Below are positions 1 to 13,093 of a stretch of DNA of 64,000 bases, in pieces. Each line of letters starts with the position of its first letter. Position 1 is the first letter of the stretch. This stretch comes from Phoronis australis (lineage: Eukaryota; Animalia; Phoronida), in the NCBI GenBank assembly GCA_002633005.1, contig NMRA01000683.1, forward strand, positions 142,070 through 206,069, read 5' to 3'. Under the pieces are notes generated by a model. It did not search any database. It saw only the letters and a program-made list of their open reading frames with translations, and had not been told where the DNA came from. The position numbers were made by a program, and so were the translations under genes.

Positions 1-856
1 ACTCGTGTCATCCCTTTCATTGCAAGAAAAGCCTTCCATATAGCCTTGCCCTAAGAATTCGACGCATTTGTTCAGAAGAAACTTCCTTTAATAACCGTTT
101 AAAAGAACTCAAGTACTATCTAATTCAACGTCATTTCCCCTTACATCTTATACACAAACAGTTTGACAAAGTCCGCTCAATTACTCGAAATGAATCTTTA
201 AGAACTAAAACTAAAGGCAATACTACTAATAGAATACCTTTCATAACTATGTTCAATCCATGTTTAAACGGAATTAGCCACGTCTTCAAAAAACATCTTT
301 CTACGCTGCATATTTCCCCTCAAATGAAAAACCTATTTCCTCATCCCCCTAAAATTTCTTGGAAAAATGTACAAATCTAAAAAATTATTTAGTTAAAGCT
401 AATATCGACAATATACACCAAACTTACAAACCTATTGGCAACACACAATGTAACAAAACTAGGTGTAAAATGTGTAACTTCATCAACGATAGCACTTTTT
501 TCCAGTCTTCCCAAACCAATGAAAACTTTGAAATAAAACATTATTCTGATTGCACCACCCACAATATTATATACCTTATAACTTGTAAAAAATGTTCTAT
601 CCAATACGTAGGACAAACTCAACATAATCTACAAACTCGGTTTCGTAATCACAGATTTAACATAATACATAGAAACATTTTTGATACCATAGGTAATCAT
701 TTCAATTCCAAAAACCATAATATTCAAGATCTTTCTGTACAAATAATAGAAAAACTCCAACACCCCAGTACCCCTCACAGACTTAAAAAAGAACAATATT
801 GGATAGACAAACTGAATACAAGAGAACCTCATGGATTGAACATAAAAACTTCTTAA
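1..856 (+). mobile_element. 3' end of Penelope-like retroelement (RT thumb + GIY-YIG endonuclease), frameshifted
   Basis: Frame 3 from nt 3 reads SCHPFHCKKSLPYSLALRIRRICSEE (Penelope RT C-terminus). ORF 359-856 has a Cys-rich linker (CNKTRCKMC), NIIYLITCKKCSIQYVGQT, RFRNH and EQYWIDKLNTREPHGLN. A one-base frameshift in the A-run at 363-367 separates the two parts. Confidence 0.92.
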
Positions 857-2009
857 AATATGTCATTGAATTTTTTACGCAAAAATGTATCATTTTCATA
901 ACACCATATCTTATATGTCAATTGTCATTTTGTGTTTGATTTTACTTTATTTCTGTTTTTGTTGATAAAGGAAGTTGTTACATTCGAAAATTTCAAATTT
1001 CAGTTGAAACATTAAAATAGAAATGTTAGTAAAATGAGGAGTAACACAGAAATTGTTAATGGAGTTAGCACCTCGTTTTATTTCTCCGTGTGAATTAAGC
1101 AGGTGACCCGCAATTGAAAGATTTTGCATTGAAATGCCTAGTTTTTGCACACCAAGCATTTTGCAAAGAAGACCGCTGATTTTTTTACAAAAATGCCTTG
1201 TTTTGCGAGCTAATTTGGCATAAAACGTTTATTAAGTAAGTTATCAGAAACTACTCACAGCGTTTTTGGGACTTAAAGTATGTGATTCAAAAAAGATTTA
1301 GTAAAATCAGCTGGGGGCTATTTTGCTATAAATGTGCCTTTCTTGCGCATGAAAACTTGACTTAAACACGTTTACAATAATAAGGACACCGTAGTATAAA
1401 GCATATTTTTAGAATTCTCGATCATTTTTCTTTCAGAAAACAAGTAAAATTAATGGTTGACAAAACATTGGTTCATTTGAGCTCCAATAGTTTATTTTGA
1501 CGCGTATCTGTTTATTAGACATGTTTACTTACCTGAGTTACCTGACTGGAATAGAGTGAACATTTGAGAATGGTTTAGTAACAATAAAACAAACAATTAA
1601 TACAGTCCATTTTACATGTGCTGATTTTGCAGTTCGTACTCGTATTTTGGTCTACCAAAATTCTGATAGATAACAGGTCGTTTACGTTTGTAATTTTATT
1701 AGCGGTTACCGGTATGTGGACAGTGATAATGTTAACCACAATACTACTGATGGCGTACATGCATCAGATCACGTGAAATTGAACAGAACAATATTGCTTT
1801 ATTGGTCCATGTGACCTGTTATCACCCTCGATATCAGTCCATACTGGTATCATATCACCGTCGAGATAGGTCCTTTCTTGCATAGTGGCACCATTTTTAC
1901 AACAGTGGGTCATGGTGAACAGTAATGTGAAAATACTACAGGAACACACAACCCCAGTGTACCAGATTAAATATCACTTCGCAGTTATGTACTCAATGGC
2001 TAGGGAAAG

Positions 2010-2164
2010 CAGGGGCGGATCCAGGATTTTGAGTTGGGGGGGCAAGTCAGAGTATTAGCCAGGTTTTTGCTCGTCAGACGTTCCCGCCTCCGAAATGCCA
2101 AATAGATCTAGGCGAAATTTAGGGAGGCCATGGCCCCCTTGGCCCACCTCTAAATCCACCACTG
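2010..2164. mobile_element. 155-bp MITE with imperfect TIRs and 4-bp TSD
   Basis: Ends are caggggcggatccagg and ctaaatccaccactg, with aaag on both sides. The paralogous copy has the empty site gaaagggcca at ~49171. Confidence 0.8.
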
Positions 2165-2514
2165 AAAGGGTCATCTACTGAATAGTTCACTATTTCATAG
2201 TTACACTGTGGCGGACAAGTATCAGTCGCAGAACAATGCAATGAAATTACAAGTATATCTCTTTAAGTTAGAAAGCAAATTGTAATAACAATGCTTTTTA
2301 CGAGATTTAACACGGTTGTGTGGTTTAAATTAATTGATAATGCGATTTGTGAAGGAAAACAGTTTCTAGTTTACGGTACGTAATAGTGTAAACGCGGTTA
2401 ATCTTTGCAGTCCAAGACACGGCACTGGGCGTGACACGTTTTATGCCTAAATTGTTCGTCAACCGGGATAACAAATACATCATGAGTATAGCTCATTCTT
2501 TTCTATCTTTACAG

Positions 2515-2662
2515 CAAACCCTGTGGAGGCAAACCGAGATTCCGTTGCCGCAATCGCATACACGGGGTCGCTGTCAGACTTGTACGATGCGCGAAAGACC
2601 GTCGGAGATACATTCCGAAGATGATCCCATACCCGGATGGCTGTATTTGCGAAAAACGTTGA
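2515..2662 (+). CDS. Terminal coding exon of paralog A of the cationic cystine-knot-like secreted protein (upstream exons outside window)
   Basis: Phase-2 acceptor ttctatctttacag|c. It reads KPCGGKPRFRCRNRIHGVAVRLVRCAKDRRRYIPKMIPYPDGCICEKR*. It aligns without gaps to exon 49518-49674, and AATAAA follows at ~2784. Confidence 0.82.
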
Positions 2663-4557
2663 CTAAATGCTAGGGAATTTGAATTATGAGGATCGCTATG
2701 GCTTGCTTCAGATCGCTGTCTCGTCAATAAGTTAAAATTACAGTTTGATGTACTGAGATTAAAGAGAAGCAATTAAATTTAAAAATAAAGCAAAATAAGC
2801 GCACTATAGATGTTTTACGAATACATTGGATGAGTTACGTAATTTTTTGCACGAAATAGTCGAGACATTCGACAAACACACTGTGAAATAGAAAATACAA
2901 AGACAATTAGCCAGTGCAATGTTTCTATTTGCCTTGGTTTGTTGTTACTTGAGGTCATTTATGTTAAACGTCAAATGACAAGATTTTTAGAGACACCAAA
3001 ATCCTCAAGATCAGTCTGATACAGTAGGGACACGTCTGCTTTGTTTTGCTTCCGCTTAATCAACGCTGAACTCTTCAAGGTAGATCACAATTCTCAAGTA
3101 AAATATTACCATTATCGCAAAAAGCTGACACCAAACAACGATAGACGGAGTCAAGAAACGCAGACAGCAGACGAACGTTTTGCTAAAAATAGGATCGATT
3201 ATGGTTTTCAGTTTTCTTGAGATATCAAAGTTCTGAGCATAAATGTATACTGCACAATTATGGCAAAACGTTTTTCGCTTGATTTGAAACGGGTTTTGGC
3301 AGAGTTTTGATGGATACGTTATCGATGTAATTCACCTATTTCTGAAGGCCCAGATCAAATACAGCAGCCCTTTCACCGTGACCATACGTAGGAATTTTCA
3401 TCGGTAAATTTCTTGCCCTTAGTTTTCGGAACTTGCACATGATAATTTTTTCCATCAAAACACTGCACACGATTCCTGAACTGCAGCTCTACCGTGAATG
3501 CATTTGTGATATACTTTTCTGTATTACACTACATGTATGTGTTTTATGGCAATTCTCATGGCCTTACACAAACTCTATGGAATAAATGTTATCACTGTAA
3601 GAACTGCGGGCACGGTGCTTCACATAATGTCGCAGTAACTCGTGTGCAGACACACCCATCAATACTTGCATGAAAACACAAACGTTAAACATCACAAAAC
3701 AGCCAACAACCTTAAGTTTTGTTGTTTGCTATCCCTTATTTTACGATTTTAGTCTATTTTAACTGTTTGGATTAGAAAATAGGAGGCACTTCGAGAGCCA
3801 GCGCAAAATGTTGAATATTTTCAAGAAACGCGTATGTTTTTAAAAATCGTCAAAATTAATATTTATTTTTGACACTTGAACTGAACAAAAATCGTGCGCA
3901 GCATGCTAGTTTCCAGCGACAGTTGATAATAGGTTATTTTTATGACTAGAGTCTTGTGGTACAACAAAATGTAAGAGAATAGTTAAATAAAGGCACATGG
4001 ATAACATCAGCCCATGGGAGCCGAGAGCAGTTCAAATTCAAGACTCGTGCGTGATAAGCCAATATAGAGGCTGCTAATAACTATAACCTACGCATAAGAA
4101 ATTAGGGACCAGGCCAAAAGTAAAAAGCTGGTATATGGTAGAAGAGGCCATTTACTCACATAAATGTATTGAACGAAAGAAACACCATTTATGTTCGACA
4201 CCTGGACTGAACAAAAATCATGCGTCGCAACTCGTTTCCAGTGATGAAAAGGAGACCGCAAGTTGGCGAAAATACATGTACAGTGTAGCTTCATTTATAG
4301 CTGGCAGACTATCAGGCGTCAAGTGAAAGCACGTGGTCCGAGAGGAATTTAAAGGGAACATTGACGGGTGTCGAACGGATTTAGAGAGATTAATTCGACG
4401 CTACTCTCTGGAAATTACCGAATGCCCAAAAGACCGCGCTGCAAATTGAGGGTGTTAAAGCTCTATCTGGCACACTACTGTGCGAAGCTCATACATTTAT
4501 TTTGGCTATTTGACTAAATTGGCAATGCATTCCACCCGGTAGCTACTGGCTGCAAGC

Positions 4558-5410
4558 GATCGTTCTAAAACCCCCCTCGACCACCACATCCCAGGACCCC
4601 TTCGACTCACATCTCCCTGGCCCCACAACCCTCTCGACCCACGACCTTACGCTTCTTACACAATTCAGAATCATATTACTTCGCTGTATGACTGTCCCAT
4701 AAGACATTCCAACACGAGAATATGCTCTAGCTCAAGAATTGTTGCTTAAAACGGAAATTCGCGTAAGAACATACAGTATGACCTGAATTAGCGATTTGTG
4801 AGCGTGTTGTCGTTGTCACGGAAATAGTTCCACGAGCGGCTCAGAATTACTATGTTCAATTAAACTTAGGGACATGGTACGTCAACGTGAATGGACATAA
4901 TTTCACATTTTTATTATTTGTTTACCGTTCCATACTCGTTTACAATATACTCCACATAAAGTTTATGCAATATTTTAGTTAACAGTTTGTTTTTCAAACT
5001 TTATTTACTGAAGAAATTACATATTCGCCGGTTCCTCGAACGCTCCCAAAAACTTTGAATCTGCCATTCACTGAAGAGCAGACGAGACACTTTGCCGGGA
5101 ACGACAATTATACAGTGGGTATGTCTTTTGTTTTGCTGGCGTTGTTTCTTTTTCTGATTTTGACTTTCAAACTTGATGATTTGACGCTCTTAATTTTGCA
5201 AAAAATTAGGGAAAAAGCCAGCCGAACTCACGGGCAGATTAGTTGGACCTGCAGGTAAGCGCTTACTCCACGTTCAGATGAATTCGAGTTTTTATGTAGA
5301 ATGAGTCGAGGGGTTGTGCGCTGTGGGTCGAGGAGACCCTGGATCGAGGGGGTGGTGAGGTGTGGGGTTTGAGGGGGGTAAGGGGGTCGTGGGGTTTTTA
5401 GCACAATCCC
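4558..5410. mobile_element. Mutator-like (MULE) non-autonomous element with 9-bp TSD
   Basis: TIRs gatcgttctaaaacccc / ggggtttttagcacaatccc with C-rich/G-rich subterminal repeats. Flanks are gctgcaagc (4549-4557) and gcttcaagc (5411-5419). Confidence 0.75.
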
Positions 5411-6400
5411 GCTTCAAGCTCCCCTCTCTGTCCAATCGTGACTCCTGGTAGTCTCGAATGTGGTACAGCAAGTCAGTAGACCGACCCTAATTCCCCCTGA
5501 CGTTTCCTCCGGCATGAGCTTCCGTGTCAAGGTTCCTCGTCTTAGAATTGCAAATGCGTAAAGCATCAGTTAGGATCAGTGAAGGTAGTTATCATTCCGC
5601 TGACTGGCCGAGACACTTTTAAATTATTACTTGTTTGTTGAAAATGCTCTTTGGTCACGATGCAATTTAGAACTCGTTTAAAAACTACACGGGTTTATTT
5701 TTCAGCGCTAAAAATTACCCTTGACGTCATTTGCACAAGGTACAAATTAATGTTACTCCAGTACCACTCTGCTATTGCTTACCGTAGAAATGCCTGTTGA
5801 CCATTTAAGTATCATAAAAATGTCCATTGCCTCTTCAATATTTTCAAATGGTTCGGCGGGTCCGATAAAAATTGACACAAAATCAAATAGCCGGGCGTCC
5901 GGTAAGGTAGCTCAAGTGGAGTTTTGAGTGTACTTGAATGCTGCAGCACGCCCTGGTGACCTCATCAATAATGACAGAGCTTTTTATATTCTTTGATTAT
6001 TTTGAACATCACAGTCACCGATTAGAAAAATGAAGTATTTGTATTTGTAGTAAGACATTACCGGGCAAGGTCTAATATTTTGGCACATTTGAACGTGCTT
6101 TCAAATGTATCTTCAAACATTCAGATTTGCATGGGACCGAGCGCTGTGATTTGAAGATGAAGTCTTCGCCTGCAAAATCACACTTCGGACTCGGCATATT
6201 GCATGTTAGTGGCACTGGGGTGGGTTGTTTCACCCCTACAACAGTCAACGCTTTTTAATATGTGACGCATACTTCTTAGAGTCTATCGATGAGTGTAAAA
6301 TGTAACGCCGTGAATACAAAAAAGCACCGAGAGTGGAGAACATGAAGTAACATCTCACGAGACAATAATCCGCGGAATAATGTGTAGTGGGATATATATG

Positions 6401-7277
6401 TAGATTATTACATGGCGAAGTCGTTATCCCCCGTTATCTAGAGCCCGAGTGGATTTTGGAGAATTATCGCCCGAGGGGCGTTAGCCCCGAGGGTGATAAT
6501 TCTCCAAAATCCACGAGGGCTCTAGATAAGGGGGATAACGGCTGAGAACATGTAATAATCTATTTATACCACATACTAAACGAGAAATATTGCAATGAAT
6601 CGATTTACCTTTTCTGACTCTCCACGGCTTTGTAACTACTTTCTATGTCAGAGGCCCGGGGTCGGAGGTCGTGACCTTTTAAGAAAAGCCCGGCTATTTT
6701 TGTCAAATAATGCTTTTACTCAAAACCAATTGAAAACTTAAATATTATATAAATAAATTGAATTTATAAATTAAGGTTTACCAACTATTATAGCTTAAAA
6801 CACGTTTTTTCACGCTAAGCTTTGACCGGGAAATTATCGTCTGCTAAAGTAGGTTACCCCTGGTAACTGAATATAATTCTCAAGTCAAAGATCCTGACGA
6901 CACGATACCCGCATTCAAACTATAGATCGGTGATTTACAAGTAAGAGGACATGAGAGAAAAATTTCACCGAATTAAGATATCATTTTTATGGAAATTATG
7001 TGTCGTATTTTTCGTAGCGTATAAGTACAGTGCAATGTGGTTTGTTGAACGGGCGATTATTGCGCGTGCTCCTTTAAGTATTCTATTTTCACTCTTAATG
7101 ACGTCAGTCGCTGCGTGGTGTAGTGGTAAAGTCGGCGACTAGCAATATTAGGGTCCCGGGTTCGACCCCGTCCTCGGTTTCCCGCCAAATCGTTATCTCA
7201 CAAGTGAGATAACTTTATGGGTTATTACACGGTTGTATTTGCCATTTGACGCTAATATTGTGGTATAAAATAGGTTA
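6401..7277. mobile_element. Non-autonomous element with long terminal palindrome (possibly Crypton-like)
   Basis: A ~160-bp near-perfect palindrome at 6401-6562 is centred on cccgaggggcgttagccccgaggg. taatctatttataccaca (6556-6573) is inverted at 7259-7277. The family assignment is inference. Confidence 0.55.
7110..7178 (+). pseudogene. tRNA-derived sequence (Pol III A/B boxes); SINE head or tRNA pseudogene
   Basis: A box TGGTGTAGTGG and B box GGTTCGACCC at tRNA-like spacing, but no clean acceptor or anticodon stems. Confidence 0.55.
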
Positions 7278-7311
7278 TCCCACATATACAGGAATACTAC
7301 TGCCATATCCT

Positions 7312-7393
7312 GTCGAAAATTCATTTCATCTGGTAATGTCCCAACGAGACCGCAGTTCGAAATGGGGCATTCTTTAGGTGAAATGAATTCGAC
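7312..7393. repeat. ~80-bp imperfect palindrome
   Basis: gtcgaaaattcatttcatct..aatgtccca pairs with tggggcatt..aggtgaaatgaattcgac. Confidence 0.65.
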
Positions 7394-7739
7394 TCACCAA
7401 CGCCTGAATTGTGCACGTTTGTCTCATTTTTGTAAATTTTTGTGAATGTTTTGTACTGTATCTTATCTGTCGATCGTGTCCTCTAACTGACATTGAATTA
7501 GACGTGTTACGTCATATCAATCACACCTACTTCCACGCCGGTTACACGATGCCTAGTCCTAAACAAAACGCAGGGGTGTCGAAGGACGTAAGCAACAGAG
7601 GGACTTCCGACTTGATTAATGAAAAGTTTGAGAAGCTTACTTTTGCAATCGAGTCTTTACGGATCCAACACATTCAAGGTTCTAAATAGTCTCAGCTGGA
7701 GCAAACTAGCAACTCGCAGTAAACTCCACCTGTTCGTGT

Positions 7740-10690
7740 ACATATAGCATTGGAGTACTATCACGTTCCGGAGCATATCATTCGCATGTTAACATATTAT
7801 TTCCGAGGTCTAGTTGAAGTTTACTGCAGGTGCCGTCACTACAGACTGGATGAAGTTGGAAAGAGGGATAATAACTTGATGTAACATTTCTCTTACTCTG
7901 TTCATCATGGCGATGATAAATTTTCCGATAAAGGCCGAAGAAAGAGAATGTAGGGATCCGAGACTACAGTCCGGTATCGTGGTGCATTTAATGGGAGCAT
8001 TTACGGACGGCTTGATAATAATTACGGTGATGCATGTGCAAGCTCGGTTGGTGTTGGCAGCACCAGCAGACAATGTAATATGGGTTCGTTTGAAGTACAA
8101 GTCGAGACTCCTGATAATGAGAGGCGAGAAAGTGGTCAACAGATTCACCTTGACCATTCAAGGCGAAGAAAGTCCACCAATTGTTAACAACCCCATCAAG
8201 TGCCTAGTAGGCAAATGGTACGATGATCTCCTGTGCGACAAGAACAACACCAAGCAGATGGAGACTCAGGTCAAAGAGTGGCTGAAGAATATAGAGAAAA
8301 GCGGTCTTCCTGGCAAGTACAAGGCGTGGAGTTACCAGCAGGGCCTGTTACCTCGTGCAACATGGGGTCTTATGCTGTACGGCATCGTGATATCTGCAGC
8401 GGAGTGCCTTGAAAGAGCAGTAACCAAGTGGCTGGGAGCCCCAAGAAGCTTCACAGAGATTGGTCTTTACAGCACAACTGCAGAGCTTCAGCTGCCACTA
8501 GCGTCAATTACGAAGGAGTTTAAAGTAGCAAAGTGTAGGCTGGTACCAACATTACGCGACTCTAGAGATTCGAAGGTGAGGGAGGAAGGTGTCATGACGA
8601 CATCAGGGAAACAGTGGTGAGTGGGCACATCTGTCAGCCAGACGGAGAGCTTGTTACAGAACAGAGATACAATTGATAGCACCTGCGTAGGACGTCAGGG
8701 GTTGGGGACATCCAAGTTCCAACAGTGGGAGAAGGCGAATGAGAGGCATCGGAGAGAGATGGTGTCAGATGTTTGACTGTGGGTTTGTTTAAAAGGTAGC
8801 TATGCTTTGAGATTGTGCGTAGATGGAGAGTGAATAATCAAATCCAGTAATTAATTTATTATATGATAACCCTTAATAATACAAATGAAACCAATTGTTA
8901 ATTAAATAATCAAGTACAAAGAGAAACTACGCTAGCGCCCTCTTTAAAGATTACTTTAATCAAACAACCAAAACGGTCAAATGTCTTATCTGCTATCCAA
9001 GCTAGGACTCTCCACTTGTTGGATGTCTGTCCTGTTGGTGAATCTTCGAACTACACACACACTGTATAGCGACAGTGTACTTGCTGGTCACCGTCTCTGG
9101 TGATGCAACACTTGCAGACAATTTCTTCTACCCGCGACTCTTCTTGCTGGTCACAGTCTCTGGCTGATGACACAACACTTCAGGTAGTATATTACTATCC
9201 ACAATGCAAGTGACAAGCTCTTTGTTAACTTACTGTTCGTTAACCCTTGCCCTTGCCAAGATCCTTTCTAGGATCTTCCACGAGATGGCTCTGTCGTACA
9301 ATTTCCTCTGTACACTGTAGCAAGTATTTATGCTTCAACTACTATAGCTCATCTAATTATCTTGTTGATTTCAGCCCATAATATAACATTCTACTTATTT
9401 AGTGATTGGCTAATAAAAACCACATGATCCTATCCACTCATATTATTGGCTGTTACAATTTGTTCTCAGAATTGTCTAGAATCTCTAGAGTACTTTGACC
9501 CCAGAACCCAAAGTTGTAAACACCATCTAAAAATAGATTTTGACGTTAAAATACATGTCAACAAGTGTGACCCCATGACTTAAAAGTACATATGCACAAA
9601 TTTTGGGCAACTTAAAATGGATCTATTCTTACTAATTACTTAATCAATATTTATTCTGACAGATGGTCCAAGCTGAGGTGAGAGCATCAGCAGAGGAAGT
9701 GCGGAAAGCTAAATCAGTCCAACTGAGCCAGAGGGAACATGGACCAGGTGGAATTTTCCAGACAGGAAGATATTGTGTGGAGACATGTGGAGGATGGAGT
9801 CAATGCGTATTCAGTTTCTACTCCGCTCGGCTTACGACGTGTTACCATCGCCTGCGAACGTTCTACGTTTGGGCCTAGTGAATAACCCAGCCTGCCAGTT
9901 GTGTGGAGGAACAAGTACACTGGCCCACATCTTATCAGGGTGCAAGATGACACTTCAGCAGGGCCGATACAGATGGCATCACGACCAAGTACTGAAGACC
10001 CTAGCAGACATCATAGATGGAGAGCGTAAGGCAAGAGCAATACAGCCTAAGGCAAGTAGCCACATACAATTCGTTAGGGCAGGTGAGATACGGAAGAAGT
10101 CACGTCAGCAGACTTGCATTCTGGGTGGAATAAGCTGGGAAATGAGAGTAGATCTTGGAATTAGAAAGCTTGTGTTCCCGAGTATTGTTGAAACATCACT
10201 GCGGCAAGACATCATTCTGTGGTCGGATATTCGTCAACGCATTGTGATTATAGAGCTCATAGTCCTTTGGGGGGGAAGTATGCGAAGAAGCCCATGAGAG
10301 GAAGTTATCTAAGTACAGCGAGCTGGCGGAGATATGCAGAGCTTGAGGCTGGCGGACTTGGTTGTTTCCTTTAGAGGTGGAATGTAGATAATTCCCTCCA
10401 AGATCTGTACGGTGGTTGCTGGAGAAGATCGGTGTCCGAGGGGGAAGGAAGAAAGCTGCTGCAGTGAGAAGACTGGGTGAGACAGCTGAGAGGACATCTT
10501 GTTGGCTGCGGTAACATCAGAATGAAGGAAGTTGGAGGCCCCCGTCATGCACAGTGGGTTGGCCGCCTCTGTGAATTCACCAGTGGAGACCGTTATGATT
10601 CAGGGACGAAACCAGTCAAGGAATCTGGAGGCCATCTGACGATATCAAGCCAGGCTTTCAAGTACAAGTTAATGTATGACGGTTAAAAGA
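7740..10690 (+). mobile_element. Degraded HERO-like non-LTR retrotransposon (RT, CCHC knuckle, restriction-like endonuclease), split by a solo LTR
   Basis: RT remnants: ALEYYHVPEHII..TTDWMKLERGII and ORF 7907-8620 (GLPGKYKAWSYQQGLLPR). ORF 9773-10297 has CQLCGGTSTLAHILSGC..QGRYRWHHDQVL and an RLE-like RQDIILW..IVIIEL. Several stops and frameshifts are present, and the ends are approximate. Confidence 0.85.
8763..9661 (-). mobile_element. Solo LTR (899 bp) with 5-bp TSD
   Basis: Termini TGTCAGA...TCTGACA with gatgg duplicated on both sides. It interrupts HERO coding sequence, and a second copy lies at 36344-37129. Strand is inferred from CCAAT/TATA-like motifs. Confidence 0.85.
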
Positions 10691-12620
10691 GGCTCTTGGT
10701 TCAGCTGTTACTACTGAAAAGGGGGCGACAAGACGTCAGACTGCATAGAAGCCTGCCAACTATTGAGGCAGATAACATCACTGTAAGTAAACATATCGTA
10801 TTGAAAATTCTGTGGAACCACGTTAATTTAGTGTCCCAAAATTATTGCGTAGAACGTTTATCAAAACTCTCACCAACATTTCCACTGTCATGTCGTGAAC
10901 GTTTGTGGCCTTAAGTCCATGGTTAACTTTTAATTATTATTGAATTTGTTGGAAACGGATTTGTGTATTACAAACCCAGTCATCGTGCAATGCCGCTATC
11001 AGTTTCTAATCAAAGATGATAGCGAAATCTTGACTAAAATCTAAAGCGTTCCACATTTCATTAATTTGCTGGTTATGGTTCACGATTCAGAACACAAAAC
11101 TGTGGCTCAACCAGCTTGCAACTAGGTTGATTCAGTTCACAAAATTCAAAGCGGACGCAACTGAGCACAAGTGCACGAGGTTTAGATAAAATGATAAAGA
11201 AATTCTCAATGCTTGTTTTTGGATAGTTTTCACAAAATGGCTCGTTCACTTTCGGGGCGTCAGTGTCGAGGTAACCTGTTGCGTTTAGGGTCGTTTTATT
11301 TAATTTCTGTGAAACATGGTGTTCGAACTTCAGCAAATCGGTGTACTTGCCCAATTTTCATTTTTCACACTTCCTAATTAAGGTACCGCAAACTAATGAG
11401 AATCTGCCACTTTCACGCTTTTTATTGATTCAAATACTAGGGTCGAAGAACATCTTCATTTCTGTAGAGAGGATAAAACACTTGTGTGGATGTTTGGCTA
11501 CTGTAGCTTAATACAGATTCGCTCATATTCAACCTAGCTAACCATAAACAGCGTCGTACTTTCAGCAAGGTTTCTATGCACGAAGAGATCCTTCCAATTT
11601 TTTAAGAGTTGCATAAGCAAAGCTCTTCGTTGCGTTAAGCAGTGAAAATCAGGCCTCAAACAACGGGGATCTTCATAATTCCTATTGTGTACCTTCATTT
11701 CTGCTTCGTCACGCTGCAAAGAACTTCGCTTTTGTGACTCTAATCCGGTTCAGTAGACCAACTATGCGATGCGACATAACGTACACAGTATTCCACCAAG
11801 CTGCACTGAGAAATGGAAGTTGTGCCTTGTAGATGTTGTTTATTTTTATAACTAGACTGTAACTGAATTTACTTTGTAGTAAGCACTTGTGCATGAATTC
11901 CGTATGACAACCCACTTTCAATGAAAACTAGTCCAAATCCCTCAGAAATATCAGACTGTGTTGTTTTAAGAATGTAGGGGCCTGTTCAACATAGAATTGT
12001 TGCGCTTTTTGTATGAGCGTTATAAGTTATTCTAATGATTCGGTGACCGCAGGTATAGCCGATTAGTCCCCAGTTCTCAAAAAAATATTTCCCTAAGTTC
12101 AACATAACACAATTTAAGAACTTACACATCATTGTGGAAGGAGCCCCTGTTCTTTGAAATCGATAGGAATGTTTTCAATATGGGACAAAATGATATCACG
12201 GTGGGTATCCTCACGTTAAGATGTAAGTCGCAAGTAAAATTTTCCAGTCTGCAATCAGTTCTTCGTAACAAACCACAGATTGTTATATTTACAAACAGTA
12301 TTGTGTTTGTGGATAGATCAGAAATAATCGATTTTTGAAGTTGGTTTATGCGTAAACAAGATTTAACATCTCAACCTCCTCGTTTCCAAAAGTAGTCCTA
12401 CTCTGCATCCACAGCTGTCAAGACGTTTCTCACATTATCGCAATGGTTGCATCTAGGGACGCCCTTGAAATACTTTTGAAACAGCACTCGCTGTCCATTA
12501 TGGGAAGCCTGGTGAAAGAGTTGAACCATAAATCAGGTGATTTTAAAACCCCATGGTGTATTAGCAATTTGCTAAATATCCATTGTGTACATTGCACTGT
12601 GTCCTCTTTAAATAAATTCA

Positions 12621-12690
12621 CCAATAACAATCACAATAACAACAACAACAACAACAATAATAATAGTCATAGAAATAATGATAATGATAA
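12621..12690. repeat. (AAC/AAT)n microsatellite
   Basis: aataacaacaacaacaacaacaataataat run. Confidence 0.9.
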
Positions 12691-13093
12691 GCGTATTCCT
12701 TTAGAAGAGGTATACGAAAATTGTCGCCCAAAAGGTGCACTGGTCTTTCACCGCAAAAAATACTCTCCAAAATGGTGCCCTTCTTGAAAAAAACAACAGG
12801 TAAAAGGGTGCCACATTTTAATTTTTGGAACAAAAATGTGAAACTTAACACAAAATTTCTCTCTAAATGGGCCAATTTTTGTCCAAAGCTACTCCCTAAA
12901 TGGGTACTTGGTACCCAAATTTTTGGGTGGCGACCCTCAACCAAAAATACTCGAGTACCAGTCGACGTGCCAGATACCACTTGTTTGTAGTTTTGGTCAT
13001 GTACTTTGTGAAATGAGGTTGGTTTCGTAATTATTACATTTATCGCATTACAGAGTGCGGGTGTCACAAGATGTTAAATTACGTGATATTTAA

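Larger units (their letters stand above)
1020..5810 (+). repeat. Segmental/tandem gene duplication, copy A (intron 2, exon 3 and 3' flank of the cationic Cys-rich gene paralog)
   Basis: Colinear similarity to ~48080-54835, e.g. 1691 taattttattagcggttaccggtatgtgga vs 48732, 2981 agatttttagagac vs 50009, and 4105 gggaccaggccaaaagtaaaaag vs 53837. Boundaries are approximate. Confidence 0.9.

Noticed and set aside
7110-7178. Functional tRNA gene
   Set aside because: A and B boxes are present, but the acceptor and anticodon stems do not pair properly.
12443-12787. Poly-Asn ORF (and poly-Cys antisense ORF)
   Set aside because: Artefact of the AAC/AAT microsatellite.
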